DNA of 64,000 bases from the human T2T-CHM13v2.0 reference genome, Homo sapiens. Positions 29,351 to 40,300 of the stretch are shown piece by piece. The notes under the pieces were generated by a model. It did not search any database. It saw only the letters and a program-made list of their open reading frames with translations, and was not told where the DNA came from. Numbering within the stretch: position 1 is the first letter of the stretch; each line of letters starts with the position of its first letter. A program made the position numbers and the translations under genes. The stretch lies in assembly GCF_009914755.1 (NCBI RefSeq), contig NC_060941.1, one strand, 5' to 3'.

Positions 29351-30075
29351 ACAGGTTGAGCACCCTGAATCTGAAAATCCAAAACCGAAAACTTTTTGAA
29401 TGCTGAGTTGACACTCTGCAGGTGATGGGCTGCAGTCAAAACACAGGTAAACAACACACAGTTGATTCAGCACCCCAAGGGGAAAAAGATCCTCCCAGCC
29501 CCCTTCAGCTTTGATAAATCCTTTCCACATAAGACCAGGTTCCCTCATGCAAGCACGTCCACAAAGGGCGATGAAATGTCGGGTGCAGGCCGGACGCAGG
29601 CGCTGCAGGCTCCTTATGAGGCTCCACATGGGCGAGACCTGTGCGCACCGCTCGTGTGTTTGCGTATCCTCTGCTCTGTGGTGTACAGATACTGTTGAAA
29701 ACATCAGAAAGGCCTGCAGGTTACTTGTATGGGGGTGTACAGATACTGTTGAAAATGTCAGAAAGGCCTGCAGGTTACTTGTATGGGTAACAGTGGTCAG
29801 AAAAGGGGCAAGCATTCACGTTTGCATGTCGCACAGAAAGTCAGACTGCTGGGGGGAGCTGGGCAGCAGTGTAAGAGCACGGTGCTGGAGTGAGTGCCAG
29901 AGATGACCTAAGAAACAGGAGGAATGGTTGACGTTCTGTGCTGGAAACGATGACCAGAAAAACCCTGCACAAAGCTACACGTGAAATTTCTATCACGTAT
30001 TGAAAGAGTGGATCTGTCAGCATCGCAGTGGACACAAGCCACTTAACAGTGCCAATCACAAGACAAGCAAAGCTC
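29351..30075 (+). mobile_element. Tigger4/Zombi-like DNA transposon 5' part with decayed transposase
   Basis: TIR-like ta|caggttgagcaccctgaatctgaaaatcc; decayed coding RKTLHKA...LKEWICQHRS...PLN...KQAK; internal 2 x about 53-bp tandem duplication at 29681-29787. Confidence 0.6.
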
Positions 30076-30416
30076 TGTGTAAAGGCCCTGATCGCATTCA
30101 TGAAGCTCTGTCCTTGGGACTCATCATCTACGAAAGGCCACACCTCCTAACACCGTGCTCTTGGGAGTGAGGATTTCAGCAGGAATTCTGGGGAACAGAA
30201 GCATTGGGGCGTCGCATCTCCCTGTGGCCTTCCTCCCTGTGGCCTTCCTCCGCCTGCCAGCTGCCCCCTCACCCTGCTGTCCACCTCACGGACCCCTCTT
30301 CGCCCCATATGGGCCACTTTGGCCCCCACCACCCCTTCCTGGATGTGCAGACCCTATGCGGTGCCACCTGATGCTTCAAGACTGAATTTTCCAGAGGGGC
30401 AGGGAAAGGTGTTTGC

Positions 30417-30738
30417 TTTTTTTTTTTTTTTTTTTTTTTTTAATTTTTTAGAGCCAGGGTCACTCTGTTGCTCACGCTGGAGTGAGTGCCATGGTGTAGT
30501 CGCGGCTCACTGCAGTCTTGGCCTCCTGGACTAAAGCGATCCTTCCACCTCAGCCTCCCAAGTCACTGTGGCACTATGGGTGCATGCTACCGTGCCCGGC
30601 TAATTTTTTTTATCTTTTGAAGAGATGGGATCTCACTATGTTGCCCAGGCTGGTCACGAACTCCTGGGCTCACGTGATCTACTCACCTCGGCCTCCTGAA
30701 GGGCTGGGATTACAGGTGTGAGCCACTGTGCCTGGCCA
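30417..30738 (-). mobile_element. Alu (AluJ-like)
   Basis: Antisense dimer. Confidence 0.85.
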
Positions 30739-30789
30739 GGTGTTTGCTCTTAAAAAGTCATTTCTCTCTTTCTGTGTGTATTTGTGTTT

Positions 30790-32610
30790 TGAGGTAAAAT
30801 TTCACATAACATAAAAATAACCATTAACTTTAAAGTGAAAAACTCAGAGCATTTAGTACATACCCAATGTTGCACAGCTATTACTTCTGTCTACTTTTAA
30901 CACATTTTTGTCACCGAAAAAATACTCTGGTGTCCATTCACATAGTCATGACACATCACGACACATGACTGTATTCCCAACCCCTGGCACCTGCCAGGCT
31001 GTTTTCTGCCTCTACGTTTACTTATTCTGAGAATTTTATACACATGGAGTCTGCAATGCGTGACCCTTTGTGCCTGGTTCATCTGTATTGTAGCATGTGT
31101 CAGGCCTTCATTTGTTTTTATGGCTGAATAATATTGCTTTGTATGGGTAGACTCCCCCCCCACTTTTTTTTTTTTTTTTTTTTTTTTTGTAGAGACAGGG
31201 TCTCACCATCTAGCCCAGGTTGGTCTTGAACTCCTGGCCTCAAATGATCCTCTCATCTTGGCCTCCCAAAGTATTGTGATTACAGGCATGAGCCTGAATC
31301 TGAAAAAGCAAAATTCATACAGTAAGACAAAGACACCCAAACATGTCAGTAAAGTAAATGGACTAAACTCACCAGCTTAAAATCATATGGTAGAATTTTA
31401 CTCAACATACATCTAAAATGCAAGAATATAAAAAGATTAAAAGGAAAGACAGAAAAGAATATGCTGAGAAAACACTAACCAAAAGAAAGCTGGGGCCAGT
31501 AATAGTGGCTTAATGCCTGTAATCACAATACTTTGGGAGGCCAAGATGAGAGGATCATTTGAGGCCAGGAGTTCAAGACCAACCTGGGCTAGATGGTGAG
31601 ACCCTGTCTCTACAAAGAAAAAAAGAAAAAAAACAGACGCCCCAATGCTTGCGTTCCCCAAAATTCCTGCTGAAATCCTGACTCCCAAGGGCACAGTGTT
31701 AGGTGTGGCCTTTCGTAGATGATGAGTCACAGGGACAGAGCTTGATGAATGCTATCAGGGCCCTTACACAGTTGACGGACACTTAAGTTTTCCCACCTTT
31801 TGGCCCTTGTGAAGAATGCTTCTGTGAACGTTTGCGTACAAGTGTCTGTTTGAATCCCTGTCTTCCCCTTTTTTGGGTGCGCATCCAGGGCGGGATCGCT
31901 GGACCGCGTGCGGACCCTCGCTGCGCATCCAGGGCGGGATCGCTGGACCGCGTGCGGACCCTCGCTGCGCATCCAGGGCGGGATCGCTGGACCGCGTGCG
32001 GACCCTCGGTGCGCATCCAGGGCGGGATCGCTGGACCGCGTGCGGACCCTCGCTGCGCATCCAGGGCGGGATCGCTGGACCGCGTGCGGACCCTCGGTGC
32101 GCATCCAGGGCGGGATCGCTGGACCGCGTGCGGACCCTCGGTGCGCATCCAGGGCGGGATCGCTGGACCGCGTGCTGACCCTCGGTGTGTTACTGAGGCG
32201 TCCCCAAGCTGTTTCCACAGACGCTGTGCTGCCCTGCATTCCCACCAGCAAGGCGCAGAGCTTCTGGTTTCTCCATGTCCTCACCAACACCTGTGTTGTT
32301 CTTTTTTAAAAAATTATAATCAGCCTCGTAGGTGTGAGGGGGTATCTTGTGATTTTGATTTGAATTTTTCTTAATGACGAATGACACTGAGCATCTTTTC
32401 ATGTGCTCCTTGGTTGTTTGTGTATTTCTCTGGATAAATGTCTAGTCAAGTCCTTTGACCATTTTTAAATTGGATTGTTTGTCCTTTTGTTGTTGAGTTG
32501 TAAAGCTGTTTGTATCTTCTGGATATTAAACTCTTATCAGATATATCATTTGCAAGTATTTTCTCCCATTCTGTTGGTTGTCTTTTTTTTTCTTTTGATA
32601 ATGTCTTTGT
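30790..32610 (-). mobile_element. Old L1M element interrupted by a templated insertion (31153-31771) and a VNTR (31876-32186)
   Basis: L1 antisense motifs tggctgaataatatt..., ttgacggacactt..., cattcccaccagca..., gagcatcttttcatgtgct. Confidence 0.75.
31876..32186. repeat. 44-bp CpG-rich VNTR (about 7 copies)
   Basis: Unit gcgcatccagggcgggatcgctggaccgcgtgcggaccctcg(c/g)t, 7 CpG per unit. Confidence 0.95.
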
Positions 32611-32916
32611 ATTGTGTCGTGTTTAATGTAAACATTTCACCATTGTTTTAATTCCCTCTTTTCAGTTCTTTTCTGTGTGTGTGCAGTTTTTGGGTGTGTG
32701 TGATGTGTACATACACACATGCACATATACAGGTGTCTAAAAAGTATTTTGTTTTTTTGTTTTAAATATTTGACACTTTTAAATTGGAGTTGAGATTCTG
32801 TATGGAGTAATGTATTGTTGAATGACAGGAAAGTATGAAGCTTGTCGGAGTGTTATTACTTGGCATAGCCACAGGAGCCATACAAATGATACAACCTTGC
32901 TGCTTGTGTCTCATGG

Positions 32917-33073
32917 TTTTTTTTTTTTTTTAATTTAATTTAATTTTTTTTTCATTTTTTTTTTAAATTATACTTTAAGTTTTAGGGTACATGTGCACAT
33001 TGTGCAGGTTAGTTACATATGTATACATGTGCCATGCTGCTGCACTGCACCCACTAACTCGTCATCTAGCATT
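32917..33073 (-). mobile_element. Very short young L1PA 3' end with poly-T tail
   Basis: attatactttaagttttagggtacatgtgcacattgtgcaggttagttacatatgtatacatgtgccatg...tcatctagcatt. Confidence 0.9.
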
Positions 33074-33089
33074 ATTTTAATTTGTTTTA

Positions 33090-33383
33090 GTTTTTTTTTG
33101 AAAAAGGGTCTTGCTGTGTCACTCAGGCAGGAGTACAGTGGTATGATCACAGCTCACCGCAGCCTTGACCTCCCAGGCTCAAGCGATCCTCCTGCTTCAG
33201 CCTCCCAAGTAGCTGGTGCTACAGGGGCACACCATCATACCTGGCTAACTTTTGTATTTTTTTGTAGAGATGGGATCTCCCTATGTTGTCCAGGCTGGTC
33301 TCGAACTCCTGGGCTCAAGTGATCCTCCCGCCTCAGCCTCCCTAAATGCTGGGATTACGAACATGAGCCACTGTGCCCAGCCA
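33090..33383 (-). mobile_element. Alu (AluJ-like)
   Basis: Antisense dimer. Confidence 0.85.
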
Positions 33384-34217
33384 GCCTTTGTTGTTTTTGA
33401 AAGTTGAAATTCATGTTTTTGGATCAAAGCTAAGCTGTGACATATAAACATGAAGTGATCTAGTTAGGTTTGGTTATACACCATGTGCAGAAAGCAACCT
33501 CTTCATGAATCTTTTAATGAACATCTTTCTACCTGGAAGAAACCCTTTACCTACTAAACTTACTTTCACACCTTCCTAATTTTGTTGTCTTCCGTGTTTT
33601 TGCTAGCTCCAGGCCTATTCGGCATTTAAAATAAAATGCAGGTTGGCCAGTCTGGCTGGGCAGTTCTACAGGTACTACGGCTGGAGGATCCCAGTTGACT
33701 TGAAATTCAGGTTTTGCTTGTGAAAGTAGCTGGCTGGGGCTTCTGTTGATGACAGTGCTGTGTGGACGGCCTGGTTCGCTGGGTGTGCCTCACAGACACA
33801 GGACACTTTTTAGGGTTGCTTTTGAATGTGCCTGAGGTGAGGTTCCTGTGTTTTCCTTGTACTTACCTTCATATTTTCTGACCCTCCTGTGGATGGAAAA
33901 TCGACTGAGTGTGTGAAGGGCCTGTCGGTGTGAACGGGCCCTGCTCAGCCGGTCCATGGCTGTCTTAGGATCCCGCTTGGTGGCGAGGAGGGTGCGGCTC
34001 GTGGGTGGCTGCCTGGGGCTACCCCGTGTAGACTTGCTGGGACTTTGTCTAGACAAGAGAACTGCTGTCAGTGGCGCTTCCTGCGGGGGGATGAGTGCGG
34101 CTCTCAGCGCCTCTGTGGGGCTGGGGGTCTTGGGCCGTGAGGCCGGGGCCAGGCTGCGTGGCAACCCTGAGTCCCACCCTCATTGTCTTTGCTCGGGGCC
34201 CCGAGAGGCCATGGGGA

Positions 34218-34673
34218 GCCTGCCGGCTCTGTGTCCTCCCCGCACTGGCTTTTAGGGAAAGAGAGTCTCGTGGGTCATCCGGCCTGCCGGCTCTGTGTCC
34301 TCCCTACACTGACACACTGGCTTTCAGGGAAGGGGAGTCTTGTGGGTCGTCTGGCCTGCCGGCTCTGTGTCCTCCCCGCACTGGCTTTCAGGGAAAGAGA
34401 GTCTCGTGGGTCGTCTGGCCTGCCGGCTCTGTGTCCTCCCTACACTGACACACTGGCTTTCAGAGAAAGGGAGTCTCGTGGGTCATCTGGCCTGCCGGCT
34501 CTGTGTCCTCCCTACACTGACACACTGGCTTTCAGGGAAAGGGAGTCTTGTGGGTCGTCTGGCCTGCCGGCTCTGTGTCCTCCCCGCACTGGCTTTCAGG
34601 GAAAGAGAGTCTCGTGGGTCATCTGGCCTGCCAGCTCTGTGTCCTCCCTACACTCACACACTGGCTTTCAGGG
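34218..34673. repeat. VNTR with 64- and 72-bp unit variants (7 copies)
   Basis: gcctgcc(g/a)gctctgtgtcctccc starts at 34218, 34282, 34354, 34418, 34490, 34562, 34626. Confidence 0.92.
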
Positions 34674-37032
34674 AGATTGGGCCTTGTGTGTCCTGTTGGG
34701 TGAGCAGACACACAAGCTGTGACTTCAGGGCTACGGAAGTTGCTCTGTGGTTTCCGGCACTGCAGACTCCAAGTGTGAGCCCTGTAGTGAGGACAAAGAG
34801 TGGAGGTTGGAGTTCAGAATTGTGGACAGGCTCCTGAGGACCAGCAGAGGCTGGAGGCCAGGGCTTGCCCGCCGGGAGTGTGGCTGTGGAAAGATTCCAG
34901 TCCACAGTGGGGGCTGCTGCCCAGACTCACCCTGAATAAAGTGTCTTCAGAGCCACCTGTCCTGCCTGTTCATGGCAGTGACCCAGAAAGATTCATCAGT
35001 GGGCGGTGAGTTGGGAACAGAAAGAAAACCCTTGAGATAACTGGGTTGGAGACAGGGAGCAGGCTTGTCATTGTGCACTGGTGACATGGCCTTTGGCCTC
35101 CCCAGCCGTCTGGCCTGGGCCTCGTGGTCCTGCTCTTGGGCTTCATGTGTCCTTGGGTGTCAGCTCCAGCATGGCGTCCTCTGGGCCCTGCTGCTTCTGA
35201 AGTGCCTGTGCCAGGGACACTGTCTTGGGGCCAGTGGAGGTCTGAGTATGGGGGCTGGGAGTCCTAGGCAGTGAGTCATGGCAGAACTGGCCCCTGACTT
35301 CCTGGTTAAGCCTTTAATTCTCCCGAATGCCTGTTTTTGCTTCTTTCAAGTTGTTGTGCTTGAGCCACTCTGTCATTAGCTGTGGGCGTTCCGAGTGCCA
35401 GCGCACAGTGTTGAGCAGAGCGGGTAGGAGCGCCCTGGCTTCAGGGAGGGCCCCCGCCCCCTGCATGGCGGTCACGCTGCGCTGAGCGTCCCCTCCCCTC
35501 TGGTGGCCTTTCGCAGTGGTGGAGGGGCAGGAACTGACTGGCTCTTTTCCCTGTGGTGGCTGCTCGGGTGGCAGTGAGCGGACAGCGAGGGGGACAGACA
35601 CAGGTGGAAGGAACCACGGTGGGTTTCATTAACAATGACAGTGGCTCAGGAGATCCTGAGGCTGATTAATTTGCAAACAGCAATTACTTGGGATTGCTTG
35701 AAAAGAAAGTTCTAGCTTAGAACAGGAACCTGAGGAGGGCTGGCCACACTGGAATCCAGTGCCCACTGTGACAGTGGAGAGCCAGCAGACGCCACTGGCT
35801 TTGATGGATGATGGAGAGGGTCCTGGTGTCTTCTGCCATTTGTGGGGGGTCCTTGTGTGCTGTGTTTGCAGGCACCATGGGTCTCCCTGGACGGGGTTCG
35901 GTTCCACCCCAGCGCCCTTGTCTTGTTTCATCGCCCGTGTCCGGGCTGTGTAAGAAGCATGTCCATTTGTCCCGAGCGGAGGGTCTCTGCCCCGCCCCTG
36001 AGGGAGGCCAGGAGGCCCTTGTTGGATGCTCTGGCGGGCGGCACTGGGACACGGCCATTGCACCCGGCCCTGGACACAGGGCGGCCACCGCATCCGGCCC
36101 TGGACACAGGGTGGCCAGGGACTTGGCGGGGGGAGCTCTTCAGAATCTGTCACATGCACGTGAATGCTTTATGGCTTTGGTATTCTTCTGTTTAATTTTA
36201 GTAAAACCGCGGCCCGTTGCAAGAAGAGTGTGGGCGTTGGCAGCTTTGTCCCAGGTGCTGCAGGGTTGGGGTGGTCCCTGTCACCGCCTGCTGCTGGTGG
36301 GGGTCAGCTGCACGGATGCACGGCCTCGCACCAGCGGCAGCCCCAGAGGCCATGCATAGGGCAGGCCCCGGTGGTCAGGGACCCACCCAGTCCTGCCAGG
36401 CGTTGGGCTTGGGATGTGCGGCCGGCTGGGGGCACACATTCATGCCGCAGGTCCCCGTGAGTCTGGGCCGTGTGCCTGGCGAGCCCTGAATTCCACCTCA
36501 CGTCAGCCGCTGGTTCACGTCAGCTGCTGGTTCACGTCAGCTGCTGGTGTTGAGTGTTCGCATGATGCTTTTCTTTCTTGGGGGATGGATCAGTGGATGG
36601 AGAAATAAAGCTGTGAGGGCATAAAATCAATGTTTGTTTATATTGATAATCATCCCTTAAACTCAGATCCAGGGGCGTCAAGAGACCTGAGCCCGGCCCC
36701 GGTGTGCCGCGCACTGGCCATGTGTCCGGAGAGGGCTGTGATTGCGGCTGTCAGCCCTGTCCATTGGAGCTGCAGCTTGGTAAATGCACAGATGGATTTT
36801 GAGAAGGTTTCCCTCTAAAGATGTGGGAGTCTTTGCACCTCACCAAGCTGTGCTGGTGTGGCCGTGGCACATACCGGGCTTTTTACGTCTCTTCTAGGGA
36901 GTGAGTCGGTGGGCATAGGATGGCTAAGGTATGGGAATTTTAATAGGGAATTTTCTAGTAAATGGTTCTGTTAGTATTACAGCTTATTTTAGAAAGTAAG
37001 GTGCTTTCATAGAGAATGTTTAAAATTATTAA

Positions 37033-37373
<341 letters not shown>

Positions 37374-40300
37374 AAAACCTGAAGGTCTTATATTGTGGTG
37401 TGAGTTTATATTTATTTCCATCATTTTATATTTGTCAGATTTTTATGCAGGGGGGCTGCATAATGTCTCCCTGGAGAGCCTCAGCCTCTGTGGAAGAGTT
37501 GGGTCAGGAGAAGCCTCTCGGCGGAGGAAGCCGGAGGGAGAAGCCTCTCGGTGGAGGAACCTTCACCCAGAGACCAGCCTGGGGGTCCTTGGCCCAGACG
37601 GGGGAGGTGGGAACATGGCCTTGGGTTCTTTCCTCCTTGCAGTTTGGGTGAATAATGTGTGATGAGGCCTAAGAGGAGATTTATAAAGAGTATAATCTCT
37701 CAGTCTTAGAGAAAAGTGTTTCAAAGTATGGGTTCTCAGTGTCTGTATTGAAAAAATAAAAAATTCAGTGAATGGGTAGGTTATTTTTCGATCTGAGGGT
37801 TATTTCTAAGCACATGATTTATCTTTAGCACGGGAGGGTGATGCCCCGCCATGTCTTTTTAGCTTAGGGACTGTCTTCTGCCGTGAGTTGGCCTCTCTGC
37901 CTGTGCACGTGTGTTGCCGGCCCCGGCTCAGCTGTGGCAGAAGTCAGTCACCTGTGGAGTTATGGAAGTCCAGGCGGCCACCCCAGGCCGGGGCCTCATT
38001 CCGTTAAGTAGGGCCAGGTGTCTGTCCTCTCACGCGTCCGAGGTGGCTGCCGGCGTGCGGGTGTGACTGTCGATGAGAGCTCTGAGCTGGGATATCTGGT
38101 GACGGCTGCCCCTGCTTGGTCTTGCGGTGTGGCTGGGGAGAGGATTACTGGGTGGAATGTAGCCGTCCGCCTTTTGTGTTGACCTCTTGACCTCCCTTTT
38201 GGGAGGCTTATTAATGTCAAAAAGTGAAGATATGAGGATGGGATCGTAATTTCTTTGTGTTGCTTTCCAGTAGCCCAGGGACCAAGCTGTGGGAACCAGG
38301 CCTCCATGTGCTGGCCCCACCGTCCTCGTGGTGCCTGTGTCTGTCCAGGCTTAGTCCTCAGATCAGCTGCTTCACCACATTGGCTGCAGGCTGGGTGGCA
38401 GATGCCCCCAGGAGGAGGAGAAGCATTTCTTCCCAGGGCTTTGGCCTGTGCTGTGTGCCTGGAACCTTTAGGTGCTGTGGCTTCGCAGACCCGGACGCAG
38501 CGTGGAGGCCAAGCGGTGTCTGTACAGGACCCTTCAGTGATGAGGGTGGCCAGGCTCCAGCCAGGTCCTAGGGAAAGCTCTCCGAGAGCGACGGCTTAAG
38601 CAGTTCTGAAAAATTGCAAATGATCTGTGTTCTTGGAGAAAGAATGGGAGAGAAGCACTCACTCACAATAATGTTGCACCTACTGTGTGCGGGTAGGGTG
38701 CAGGCAGTGTGGTCCAGTGTGAGCGGGGAGGGTGCTGGTTGAGGGGTTAGTGCTCGGGACGCAGCCTTTGGACCCAGTGCCCTCCCAAAACTCTGCTCAT
38801 CAGTGCCCCTGAGCTCAGCATTGACCCCTGGAGGAACTGGGCGCCTTCCCTGGTCTCAGACTGTAAGCCTCCTCGGGAAGCAGCAGTTGGCTCCTGATGC
38901 AGCTGGCCTCAGATCCTGTTGGGAGAGCAGGATTGGTGAGGAACCTGGAGAGGAGTAGGAGGTGCTGCCTGATAGCAGAGGTGGGTGATGGGGGCAGAGA
39001 GGGTAGCAGGGGCCCAGTTCAGTCCTGTCTGGTTTTCACGTGGAGCTTTTTATAGAGTTGTGCTTCTCAAGCCTTTCAAATGCCTCACAGCGGCAGTCCG
39101 ACGTGCAGTCAGTGACAGCTGAGTAGATTACCACCCTCAGGACTAAATGCAAAATCATCTTCACTGGGTGCAGCATTTACAGTTTTGGTGCTGGAACCTC
39201 CTAACCAGTGTTCTTAGGGGCTGTCTTACCAGTGAAGGGAGCTGCCTGCTGTTGACGCTCCACAGGAGGTTTGCGGCATGGCTGCCATCTGTGTTGTGGC
39301 CTGGGACTTTCTTAGAGAGTGGGTAAAAGATGAGTCATCTCTTGTGTGATTTATCAGCTTCACTTGTGCTTCCAGGGCTCTTTGAAGCGTCTCACTTTTT
39401 AATTTCATGAAGAAACAAATGTAGTGCAGAGAACAGAAAGCTGCTGTGTGACCTGCGGGTGCCCAGCCTGTGGGGCTTCCTCATCGCCCCCATCCAGGCA
39501 GATCGAGTGCCGGCTCTCTGTGCTCTCCAGGAGGTGGCCTTTCACAGCAGGGACGTTCTGTGCTCTTATTTTAACAACTGTAAGAATCTGAGCTTGGTGA
39601 CAGTTGGGTGACCCGGGCTCTGTGTCTTCGTGTTGGCCAGGGTGTGTCATACACCTGGCCTGGCCTGCGTGCCTCACGTGTGGTGGGGATTTGTGACTGT
39701 CCCCAGCACCTTGACAGAGGGTCCTTGACTCTGCGACCCTGCACAGTGGGTGGTGGCAGGTGGGATCTTGGTTCACAGGCACAGGTGGGGAGAGTTGCTG
39801 GGCCAGCGTGGCTGGGTGACTTTCCTGTGGAAAGAGCGGGCTTGGGGCTTGGTGCGTGATCCCACCGAGGCCGGGGTTGTGCTTGGGGCACTGGGGGAGA
39901 GCAGAGCAGGTGATGCATATCCGGGCGCCCACCCTAGCAGCACAGGAAGGGCTGGGATCACCACTCCCCGGGGCACCGTGGGGACAGCGGGGGCCTGCTC
40001 ACTCCCCGGGGCACCGTGGGGACAGCGGGGGCCTGCTTGTGTTGGGGGTGGGGCTCCTTGCCCCCCGAGGGCAGGCCGAGCACCAAGTCTGTGCTTGCCC
40101 CGCTGTGCAGCGTTGCAGGTGCAGCAGACATGAGGCCAGCTGCTGCTCCCTGCAGGCAGCTGAGGGCCTCTGGGAAGGCTTCTCTACAACGTCCTGTGGG
40201 AACTGGAAACCCAGATGTCAGTGGAACCAGGTGTTCTGTCCATCACTGCCTCTTACCTCCTAGCAAATTCAACACTGGCGTTTTTTTTTCTGAGCAAGTT

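Noticed and set aside
29860-30075. JRK/TIGD-like domesticated transposase gene
   Set aside because: Frameshifted and truncated remnant with stops inside a Tigger-type element
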